Positions 12,501-20,000 of a stretch of DNA of 20,000 bases are shown here, piece after piece. The notes beneath the pieces were generated by a model that worked only from the letters and a program-made list of their open reading frames with translations, was not told where the DNA came from and made no database searches. Origin of the DNA: Trichoplax sp. H2 (lineage: Eukaryota); assembly GCA_003344405.1 (NCBI GenBank), contig NOWV01000192.1, positions 122,664-142,663 on the forward strand, given 5' to 3'. Each line of letters begins with the position of its first letter. Position 1 is the first letter of the stretch. The translations under genes were made by a program, and so were the position numbers.

Positions 12501-15500
12501 AAGCTGCCTCCTGCTATGTAAGTAATTAATAAATACTAATTATCAGATAATAGGACGCTTCAGTTAATTGCTACCATAAAGTGAAATAATTTCTGGAGGC
12601 TAATTCTTGTTCTTTAAATTTATAAAATGTAAATAGACTTTTGGCAGGGAACAACATTAAATCTATTCCAATGTCATTCTTAAAATGGAATCTCTATATC
12701 AGAACATTGTGAGTAAATGACATAGCAATAAACTTATAAATAACTGATTGATAATGAGAAGAGAATATTAATAAATCTAAAACTGGTTAAGAATTTACCG
12801 TAAATATAGCAAATCGATAGCTTATTGTGATAATGTGTCATCTCGGATACGTAACAAGAACTACAGTTTCTTGTAAACTCCACCTTATTACGTAAGATTA
12901 TGTTCGTCTCACAACCACCAAGAAATATCTGACTGCAATCAGACTATCCAAATTATCACAGCGATACTCATGATTTATATACAATTCGTCACGCAATGAT
13001 CTTCCTACGAATATAATCATATCGTACCAATTAAGTTACAAGACCATATCTAAATTTACTAATGCGCTATCAACTCATAATTCGCACTTCTAATTTAAAG
13101 TGTCACAATACAAATTTCACAGTACTAAGATACTTAGTGCTATCTATTATTGTCTCAGAATCTCAATATAAGCATCTTAATACAATTACTACAATAAGTA
13201 CTGTAAACGTCTTGCACAAATAGTCACTTAAGATAATCTTACACTCTAACTTACAGTTTAATTTAAACTATTCTCATACAATCTTGAATATTAATTTAAG
13301 CTATATTTGGCGCTGCACTACACTTATACTACAAATTATCTTCGCTAACATCATTGAAATGTTGCTAAGATAATGATAGAGATCTGCTTACTAATTAAGG
13401 TGATCTCCATGGCATGCTATCAAAAATGATTTGTACGAATAATATTTATTGAAAAAATATTAATGTTAAAAATTGTACAGCTTATGTGAAGTCTTTTTCT
13501 TGCAAATCAGAAGTAATCTTAACGATTATCCTATTATGTTCTCAATCTCTAGTTCTATTGGTAGTAATAATATGTCACTATCTGCAATTGAACAAGCTAT
13601 GCGAGGTCTTTATATCGCCGATGTATGCGTACCACCTAAAATCTACCGTTATTTAGAATATTATAGCTGTAACCGTTATTCACTGTAAGTGAACAAGTTG
13701 TCAATAATTCTCACATAACCAGTGATTTACTTACTCCTAATTACACGTCCATAATTCCTACCTATATCTAACGAGCATTGTAATGCCGCTTTTTGCAAAT
13801 TATTAATCTTATGCTCTATTTTACGTACGCTTAATTTGATCAGAGACTTAAGCGATAGCAGGCTAAACAAAATTCCTTCTGGCAGCTTCGTTCACCTTAA
13901 TGGCTTATTAAGAGTCTTGTAAGTCGATTTAGCTAACCTAAGTTATTAGCTACAGTTTAAAGATCTAAAAAATGCTTAAGCACATACACGTATCCCGTTG
14001 CTAACTTTCAATTTTATTTTTTAATAATTACATCCGGTGTATGTATCATTGATCAATATTCTTACAACTCGCTTTTGCAATAATACTTAACAAAACGTAA
14101 ATAGCAATAGACCTGAAAATTTTATTCGAGATTGTATCTTACATAAAACTTTCCGCTTATATCTTATTTGCATAACAGAAAATTAAATAATAATTATATC
14201 AAAACTATTGATGCATCAGCCATATTTCGAGATAGTGACAGCAATTTACGAGAACTGTGAGTTTATTACTTATAATTGTCATGAATAGATATCCGAATAG
14301 GATTGATAATTTTAATAAAATGATCGGTTTCATATGATATGCCTTTTAAATGTAACGCGGTATGATTATTTCATTCGCTAGCGCATAACTGCTCTCATAA
14401 AAGCTTTAGAAATATTGAATGCTGACTGAATATCTATTGCATACTGATTTAGTCATTTGGCCAATAATAAAATATCGAACTTTACTAATCCAAACAAAGT
14501 GCAATTCATTGCCTTAAGATTACTGTAAGTAAAACATTTCCTGTAGACTAGTTTTATAAATTATAGAATTATAATAGTACTAATCAGGCCATATTTTATT
14601 TACTATATAGCAATTTAACTCGAAACAGACTGGCTAATATCTGCGGAAGATCGGAGTTATTAGGAGTTGCTTCCAATTTATTGGAAATGTAAATTGCCAT
14701 TTTCCAATATATTCTTTGTTAGAATAACATAAATCTGATATTCAGTTTGTTTGCAAATCTACAGATATTTAGATTTCAATCAAATTAGAGTCCTAAAACC
14801 TAGATGCTTTGGCACCCTCTTCAAGTTACAGACACTGTGCGTGTTATCATTAATAATAATTTAGGGAATGATAGAATTATTTTCATTTGGTATAGATAGC
14901 ATCTTTAATTTATAGACTATAGATGAAGTCTAGTAGTTTAAATAGTAATACTTATTCCTTTCACTTATCTACTGAGTCAATACATCGTACATTTCTTAAT
15001 TATTTCTTTCAGATCCATCAAATCGAATCCATTAGTAACTTTACAGGATATCTCATTTTATGGTTCTACAACGTTAGGCTCAGTGTAAGCTGCCATGTTT
15101 TATTAATTAAGTTCTATAACAGTTTCTTAATTTTTAATAACATCTTGTAGTAAATTTTGTAAGTGAATATTCTATTTTTATCACTCAACATTAACATATA
15201 GAGCTTCTACGCGTGCATATTTATGCTGTATTGTTCCTGCTAAGGTTACTACTTGCTCGCCAGCTCCTGATTTAGATTCGGCTTCGAGTTGTGAAAATAT
15301 TCTCGCTCACTCCTCTTTACAACTAGCTGTTTGGATTATGGCTTTAGCTGCCTTTATAGGAAATATATTAGTCATCGCTAACAATCGTTCTAATAAAAAT
15401 CGCAAGATAAGTAAAGCAACTGAATTGGTCTTTACCAATTTAGCCATATCCGATTTCTTAATGTCTCTCTATCTAATCATCATTGGTATTGGCGATTTTG

Positions 15501-16912
15501 TTTATCGTGATCGTTATGCTCAATATTCTGAAGAGTGGCTTCGCAGTCCAGCCTGCGTTGTTGCATCATTTTTAATATGTACATCAAGTTTAATGTCGGT
15601 TCTTATGATGTTATTTATTGGTATCGATCGTTACTCAATTGCTTCGAATCCATTTTTAGCATCAGATACAAGATATAAAAGGACTAAAATATCATTACTA
15701 TTAGGATGGTTACTAACAAGCATTTTCGTAGGTATACCTATCTCTATAGGTATTGATGAACCTGGTGATAGACGTTTATATCAATTTAGTTCAATTTGCA
15801 CTCCAAGTAATTTAAGTAACAATTTCTATGCTGGCTGGACAATCGCGTTTGTTGTACTCCAACTTGTATGCTGGATGCTAACTTTAACACTTTACCTTAA
15901 GTTGGTAGCGACGGTCAATAAAACACAGCGTTCTGTTCGTAGCAGTGCTCAATCGCGCAGCTTTGCAGTAGCTATCCGAATATCGCTAATTCTAATAACG
16001 GATTTAATGGCTTGGTTACCAGTTTATGTTATTTCTGTTATGTCGATCATCCAAGGTACTCTAAATGTATTTATACTGCAATTCGCCGTCATTTTAGCTA
16101 TCCCCCTGAATTCAGCTATTAATCCATACATTTATACCGCTACTGGAACAGCTTGCTTTAACCGCTTAACATCTACGAATAAATCAAAATCAGTTTATTC
16201 TTCAACAACACGAAATATTTCCATGCATCAGAATAGCACGTATGGTAATAAGCAGAAGCGTACGAGAGTTGCTCCTTTTTCCAAATATGAAACTATTATA
16301 AACGAAGACGTCGGTGATTCTACTTCCAAAGCTATTAATGATGGGTATCAAGCAGAACCTAATCAGATTAATAATAGTACGACTATCCGAACAGCTAATC
16401 AGAAAACAAAAATTTCCTGTAATGAAATAACGACTACTGCTATCCATTGTGCTCCGGATGCTGCCTTCTTATTAAGTATGCAAAGAAATAAAAGGTACAG
16501 CGCACCTTCATGCGTACTTGCCGACATGTTAACTACAAGCTGCGATCATACCATATCTCATGAAGCGAATACCAAAAAATACTTAATAATAGATGTAAGT
16601 AATTTCGCACAAACCCATAAAGCCAAAAATGCATCTTCGACGAGTGACAGAGCTGCTATGTCCGAACTTGGTATCATAAATCCCGTATATGATGAGGATA
16701 AAGGTCAGAATGTTAAGCCTGTTCATAATATGCTAGAAATTTTAGCTGTAAGGGCAGATACAAGCCATCATTTATGTAATATTTACTCTAATGGAGAAAA
16801 AGATAAAGAGCAATATTCGAAACCAAATAAAATTCACTACAGAAACATGAAAAATCAAGGTTGCGCATTCCTTTTATATTGTAATAATGCACTTCCTTCT
16901 GCTTTACCCTAA
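443..16912 (+). CDS. Giant LRR-containing rhodopsin-class GPCR (LGR, type C / RXFP-GRL101-like hinge and 7TM); 5'-partial, 43 exons in window, >=1608 aa
   Basis: 42 AG..GT-bounded phase-2 exons, each translating to one xLxxNxI/L..F..L..L repeat, splice in frame without stops into a terminal hinge+7TM exon (DRY, WLP, NPYIY). Confidence 0.93.
1421..1492 (+). CDS. LRR exon 2 (72 nt)
   Basis: tag|a..tt|gttagt; DLSNNAIRNINESGLSQFKYMET. Confidence 0.9.
1604..1675 (+). CDS. LRR exon 3 (72 nt)
   Basis: cag|a..tt|gtaaga; TLGINNLIRLHDFIFSELSELTS. Confidence 0.92.
1782..1853 (+). CDS. LRR exon 4 (72 nt)
   Basis: cag|a..ct|gtaatg; KLHGNDLTFISTNSFYGLKNLEI. Confidence 0.92.
1981..2052 (+). CDS. LRR exon 5 (72 nt)
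   Basis: cag|a..at|gtaagt; FLYDNKIKVIAPGSFANLNKLTL. Confidence 0.93.
2466..2537 (+). CDS. LRR exon 6 (72 nt)
   Basis: tag|t..tt|gtgagt; ELSRNKLLSINDRVFNDLPSLET. Confidence 0.93.
2643..2714 (+). CDS. LRR exon 7 (72 nt)
   Basis: tag|g..at|gtatga; HIPDNYVLNLTSTTFKGSHQIDT. Confidence 0.9.
2794..2865 (+). CDS. LRR exon 8 (72 nt)
   Basis: cag|t..tt|gtaagt; KLSGNGVQQISGDSFSDLINLKR. Confidence 0.93.
2965..3036 (+). CDS. LRR exon 9 (72 nt; Cys at Asn-ladder position)
   Basis: tag|g..tt|gtttgt; ELRICSITEIGTEIFARNTKLQH. Confidence 0.87.
3162..3233 (+). CDS. LRR exon 10 (72 nt; Cys at Asn-ladder position)
   Basis: aag|a..tt|gtaaga; DVSGCKISMVTSRAFSNCTALKI. Confidence 0.88.
3616..3693 (+). CDS. LRR exon 11 (78 nt)
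   Basis: cag|a..tt|gtaagt; NLSATLIRTLPSYIFGSNKQTSMET. Confidence 0.9.
3937..4008 (+). CDS. LRR exon 12 (72 nt)
   Basis: tag|a..ct|gtgagt; LINGSYLESIDEMAFYGLSKLKS. Confidence 0.92.
4157..4228 (+). CDS. LRR exon 13 (72 nt)
   Basis: tag|a..tt|gtaagt; TLSTNFIRYLDPVTFTSLTSLEE. Confidence 0.93.
4764..4835 (+). CDS. LRR exon 14 (72 nt)
   Basis: cag|g..tt|gtaagc; NLNQNKIEYLNELGFFDLGSLKF. Confidence 0.93.
5098..5169 (+). CDS. LRR exon 15 (72 nt)
   Basis: tag|g..tt|gtaaga; HLTSNEIKLIGSNAFLGLAKLTR. Confidence 0.93.
5514..5585 (+). CDS. LRR exon 16 (72 nt)
   Basis: tag|a..ct|gtaagt; YINNNYISTLNGTAFSGLHSLTY. Confidence 0.93.
5739..5810 (+). CDS. LRR exon 17 (72 nt)
   Basis: cag|a..ct|gttagc; LLDENHLLSIQDFQFASLPSLQY. 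Confidence 0.91.
5897..5968 (+). CDS. LRR exon 18 (72 nt)
   Basis: tag|t..at|gtaaga; YLRSNKIKEIQPNSFSGLDNIQE. Confidence 0.93.
6179..6250 (+). CDS. LRR exon 19 (72 nt)
   Basis: tag|c..tt|gtaaaa; WLNGNPLYSVADLPLGNFKILQY. Confidence 0.9.
6367..6441 (+). CDS. LRR exon 20 (75 nt, irregular)
   Basis: tag|g..tt|gtaaat; GLSKNKLRSLKIACQSNFTSDIFK. Confidence 0.87.
6731..6796 (+). CDS. LRR exon 21 (66 nt, irregular)
   Basis: tag|g..at|gtaaat; DLSNNLMTEIRIPKCFQCLHH. Confidence 0.88.
6965..7036 (+). CDS. LRR exon 22 (72 nt)
   Basis: cag|c..at|gtaagt; NISNNRINNPRSISLSKISCTSS. Confidence 0.88.
7276..7356 (+). CDS. LRR exon 23 (81 nt)
   Basis: tag|c..ct|gtaagt; DISQNRITRLESDIFSSLEEPLLISV. Confidence 0.92.
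7470..7541 (+). CDS. LRR exon 24 (72 nt)
   Basis: cag|g..ct|gtacgt; NMSSNRLEYVKSEVLQPISGLTE (explains ORF 7474..7656). Confidence 0.92.
7845..7910 (+). CDS. LRR exon 25 (66 nt)
   Basis: tag|a..ct|gtaagt; NIHDNRLETLDFIQLFHQLNR. Confidence 0.92.
8032..8103 (+). CDS. LRR exon 26 (72 nt)
   Basis: tag|t..ct|gtaaga; VVSRNRVTDLKSSYFKNSKNLTH. Confidence 0.92.
8261..8332 (+). CDS. LRR exon 27 (72 nt)
   Basis: aag|a..ct|gtaagt; YLSYNKLQSLRNRTFIKSDNILY. Confidence 0.91.
8480..8551 (+). CDS. LRR exon 28 (72 nt)
   Basis: tag|a..ct|gtatgt; QLDHNKISIVENEAFLGLSNLLT (within ORF 8388..8582). Confidence 0.93.
8657..8728 (+). CDS. LRR exon 29 (72 nt)
   Basis: tag|g..ct|gtatgt; DISYNRIISLHGIFPQDLHRLNS. Confidence 0.92.
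8934..9005 (+). CDS. LRR exon 30 (72 nt)
   Basis: aag|t..tt|gtatgt; NCDGNQISSIAGAPFYNLTKLTK. Confidence 0.91.
9127..9198 (+). CDS. LRR exon 31 (72 nt)
   Basis: tag|a..ct|gtaagt; SLNQNYLQEIASDGFSNLISLRL. Confidence 0.93.
9329..9394 (+). CDS. LRR exon 32 (66 nt, irregular)
   Basis: cag|c..ct|gtaagt; SINYNKLTRLSCESIFETIYD. Confidence 0.88.
9873..9947 (+). CDS. LRR exon 33 (75 nt, irregular)
   Basis: cag|g..at|gtaagt; RITHNNISYISHSCNKTFGSLSQR. Confidence 0.88.
12431..12517 (+). CDS. LRR exon 34 (87 nt, irregular)
   Basis: cag|a..at|gtaagt; DISYNNLVRNGIRVEEQVLFKLLKLPPA. Confidence 0.88.
12637..12708 (+). CDS. LRR exon 35 (72 nt)
   Basis: tag|a..tt|gtgagt; LLAGNNIKSIPMSFLKWNLYIRT. Confidence 0.91.
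13553..13684 (+). CDS. LRR exon 36 with insertion (132 nt; alternative in-frame start at 13511)
   Basis: tag|t..ct|gtaagt; SIGSNNMSLSAIEQAMRGLYIADVCVPPKIYRYLEYYSCNRYS (within ORF 13473..13688). Confidence 0.75.
13844..13918 (+). CDS. LRR exon 37 (75 nt)
   Basis: cag|a..tt|gtaagt; DLSDSRLNKIPSGSFVHLNGLLRV. Confidence 0.92.
14179..14256 (+). CDS. LRR exon 38 (78 nt)
   Basis: cag|a..ct|gtgagt; KLNNNYIKTIDASAIFRDSDSNLRE. Confidence 0.92.
14453..14524 (+). CDS. LRR exon 39 (72 nt)
   Basis: tag|t..ct|gtaagt; HLANNKISNFTNPNKVQFIALRL. Confidence 0.91.
14611..14688 (+). CDS. LRR exon 40 (78 nt)
   Basis: tag|c..at|gtaaat; NLTRNRLANICGRSELLGVASNLLE. Confidence 0.9.
14765..14836 (+). CDS. LRR exon 41 (72 nt)
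   Basis: cag|a..ct|gtgcgt; YLDFNQIRVLKPRCFGTLFKLQT. Confidence 0.92.
15013..15084 (+). CDS. LRR exon 42 (72 nt; last full repeat, NP motif)
   Basis: cag|a..gt|gtaagc; SIKSNPLVTLQDISFYGSTTLGS. Confidence 0.91.
15202..16912 (+). CDS. Terminal exon 43: Cys-rich LGR hinge + intronless class A 7TM + ~258-aa cytoplasmic tail
   Basis: tag|a then ASTRAYLCCIVPAKVTTCSPAPDLDSASSCENILAHSSLQLAVWI runs in frame into ORF 15338..16912 (whose Met lies inside TM1). Motifs GN (TM1), NLAISDFLMSLYL (TM2), W..S..C (ECL1/TM3), IDRY, ICTP (ECL2), TDLMAWLP (TM6), PLNSAINPYIY (TM7) match LGR/RXFP-type receptors. Confidence 0.95.
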
Positions 16913-16925
16913 TTAATCATCCAGT

Positions 16926-16931
16926 AATAAA
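16926..16931 (+). promoter_or_regulatory. Candidate polyadenylation signal AATAAA
   Basis: Begins 14 nt after the stop codon with GT/T-rich sequence downstream; the hexamer is common by chance in AT-rich DNA. Confidence 0.3.
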
Positions 16932-19883
16932 TCTTATAATGTAGTGGTTTAAAATAGATTTTTACTTAAAAGTATTGTTGAATATTACAGTCGTAGAACT
17001 CATGACTAATGCAACTGCACATACGTAATTAGCACTCAGATTAATTATCGGCTGAACTTCTCTCTAAAAAGTCAGCCTTTCAAATCCTTCTAAAGGAATG
17101 TTAACAAATGTGTTCGCAAATGTTTTTCCGTAGTCAGTTCAACTAAAAACCTAACTTAATCTATAGTTTCCCTTGTATTACTCAGTACGTAGTATGGCTC
17201 CTTTAGATACATGATTCCTAACTAGGTATAATTGCCATTCCTCACCGTGAGCCAATTATACACAAGTTGCTGAAATACGCTAATACCGCTTACCGAGGCG
17301 CCTTCAGTCTTACTTAAAGTTACAGCTATTGTCTCCTATAATCACTCACTAATAGTGGATGACTATTTTAACACCTAAAGTGATCCTTGACGCCACTAAT
17401 CCGGTTGATTAAAGAGTGCTTAACTAGTTCTGATGACTACCGCGGTTTTCGAGGAAAAACCTTTTTTCCTTTGCACATCAACATCATTTATTTCTCTTAA
17501 AGTCTAAATATATTATTGTTCTAATTGAAATTTTATCCATCCACAGGTGGACAAACTACAAGATACAATAATGTTGCTTTACGAAGAAGTAACTCTTGGT
17601 AATTCCTTTACGAAAATTGCATCCCATGGAACTCCCATTGCACATGCATAAAGCTAAAAAAATACTTCATTAATTATTTCGCACTTTCTTTAATATTCAA
17701 TCTTAATAGCATATATCTAACTAGATAATTAATCAGACTGGATTATTTGCACTAATTGTAATCAACTTTTCAATATCCAGCCGTATTCAATTTTTATACT
17801 TATTAAGTTAGCACCGAATACAAAATACACATCTAATACTGGTACCAAAAATACTACATCTGTACCATTCTATATGATCTCATACAGGATTTCCATTCCG
17901 TAACTTTTTATGGCGTTAAAATATGTACTACTTCTTCAAATAGCAATTTTAGCATAAGCAATGACAGCTTAATACAAATTTTAATTAACATATCATTAAT
18001 TACTATTTTAATACAATTGTGAGGTGCCTATGTAATAAAATGTATAAGCTTCATCTACAGTTTACCTTTTCTACATTGGAATAAGATTGTCATTTTTGGC
18101 AACGGCGTTAATACGTTCTCAATTCTTACTTTCTCAAGTAGTTTGTGTCTTCTGGCATTTTACTTTCTTAATTGTATTACGTTCTGTTATTGATGCTCTA
18201 GAATCTCATTAAACTAATCCTTCCTTAACTCTGACGTACTTTGACTAAATCAGCGAGAGTAAATATATTATAGCGAATATGATCGCCAACCCTTATCGGG
18301 TTACATTTTATGCATCAAAAACAAGTATAGCAATCCGTATAGCTGAAACACTTTAAATTTATATCGATGCTGACAGATATTTATATAGATTCCAATAATG
18401 CCAGGTAACCACTAAATCTATTAAGCAGGTTTAAATGAATTTTAGGGTTTGAGGTAATCTTTACCGCTAAGCAGTCCCATAATTTGTATCTTTTTGCAAA
18501 GAAATTAGCTATGGGAGAAACTGAGCAAAATTCTTTTCACTACTTTTTTCAGTATTTACTTGGGAAACTAAAGTAAATATAGCTTTATAATGCAGCTCTA
18601 ATAAATTTTCGAACAGCCATAAAATGTGCTAGAAACTATATTTGGCCAACAATTTGTTTCTCATGATTTGTATATTATTTTTACCAAATATTAAGTAAAA
18701 AAATATAAACTACGAAGACAGATAAGAAAGCATTAGTAATTATAGTAGGTAAAATTTAGCATTTTAAATAGCGGTAAAAGTAATCTATTGCTAAAATTTC
18801 TGTTCTAATAATCAAATTGAAATGATGTACAAAAATTATGATAAATATTTGGTACAAAACTTATTTCGTTACACGACAAATTACTCATATTGACACCAGC
18901 AAGCGGCCAGTGAATCTACCGTATCTAAAGATTTATCCTGGAATATAATTAAATTAGTTTATCAAGATTGTTATTTAGTTTTAACAGCAATTGTTAGATT
19001 TATTTGCCATATCTGGTATGCAAGATTGCATTTTTATTATTGAACATCGATCAAATACTTCTCCAGGCACTATTAAACATTAACAGCATTTTAAATGTAC
19101 TTAATAGTGTAGATCAAAACAAGTTTACGTAAACTTTAAAACATTAACGACTCATTCGACTTTGCGTCGGCTCTCTGTGCAAAGATTTTATGTCAGTTAT
19201 TGTTTAATACTAGCACAATTAGCTATCCTTCGAGAATTTTTACATATTAGTAACGTGATAGTTTAGTTTGTACTTTCTAAATTCTTAACAAGTTTACAAA
19301 TTACACCTTAACCCGGATCAATTCAATTATATCCATGGATTGATGGTCTTAATAGTAGTACTTAGTTATCCAACGATGTTAGCCAAACTACAGTATTGTG
19401 TGTACACTCCATAGTCATACATGATACTTTTTAACTATGCCATGGGTGCCTTTACCATTCACAAGCGTTGTGAAAGGTAGCGGAAATTATTTAAATTTTC
19501 TCAGCGATTCTGTGTACGTTATGTAGTAGGCTCACCGCACTACGCAGAATTAATGCCAGAGGTAAAGACACCGACTACACTGATTGGGATGGTAAATCAT
19601 GTTGAAGAAGAAAAACATTAAAAAATCCCCTAAAAAATATCGTTACATAAGCGTGCGTCTTCGTGGAATAAATTTTTTGTATTCTAATAAGCTACATCTT
19701 TTACAAAGTTTTCTTTGCAATATTCAAAAGCGATAAACAGCATTCGCAATGAATAATTTTCAATTGATTTTACTTCACTAAATTCAATTTTTACTATCCT
19801 TTAAGTTGCAGAGCTTATATATTAAAGCAATTGATCAAATCCTCAGTTGATACAGGATATCAATGACGACTGGTTGAAATGAG

Positions 19884-19910
19884 TCATTAAGTAAATCATT
19901 AAGTAAATCA
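19884..19910. repeat. Short tandem duplication (TCATTAAGTAAA x2.25)
   Basis: Directly visible: tcattaagtaaa tcattaagtaaa tca. Confidence 0.7.
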
Positions 19911-20000
19911 AGGCCATGCGAGTACTGTAGCTACATTAAATCAGGCCAAGATTTACAATCACTGTAGTGTCGTGATGTCATGGTGTACAGCAATGTTTTG

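Noticed and set aside
13380..13432. Possible pseudo-exon (tag|a DLLTN*)
   Set aside because: Immediate stop and a non-3n length; indistinguishable from chance.
443..15084. CRISPR-like or prokaryotic repeat-spacer interpretation of the periodic pattern
   Set aside because: The recurring elements are spliceosomal GT-AG signals around coding LRR exons; there are no identical direct repeats or cas genes.
14923..15150. Plus-strand 75-aa ORF
   Set aside because: Overlaps exon 42 out of frame; otherwise intronic.
16202..16447. Minus-strand 81-aa ORF
   Set aside because: Antisense to the GPCR tail; no independent support.
19453..19479. Hairpin tacc-a-ttcacaa-gcg-ttgtgaa-a-ggta
   Set aside because: Real but short (11 bp with a mismatch), with no ncRNA, Helitron-end or other supporting context.
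17652..20000. Second gene in the downstream region
   Set aside because: No ORF of 60 aa or more and no consistent exon chain found on either strand.

Overview
AT-rich eukaryotic (animal) genomic DNA. One + strand, 5'-truncated, multi-exon gene fills about 16.5 kb and is almost invisible in the ORF track. It encodes a leucine-rich-repeat G protein-coupled receptor (LGR; hinge and 7TM resemble the type C RXFP/GRL101 group). I traced 42 consecutive small exons (443..15084), each encoding one LRR, each a multiple of 3 nt (30 are exactly 72 nt), all bounded by phase-2 GT-AG introns that split the same hydrophobic codon. One 1711-nt terminal exon (15202..16912) follows and encodes the hinge, 7TM and a ~258-aa tail. 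The spliced ORF is open for at least 1608 aa; the start codon, signal peptide and N-cap lie upstream of the window. At least 42 LRRs is far more than in classical LGRs (about 9-17). Compact introns, low GC and a giant LRR-GPCR suggest a placozoan (Trichoplax-like) or other early-branching animal, which is inference only. 16913..20000 appears to be 3' UTR/intergenic.
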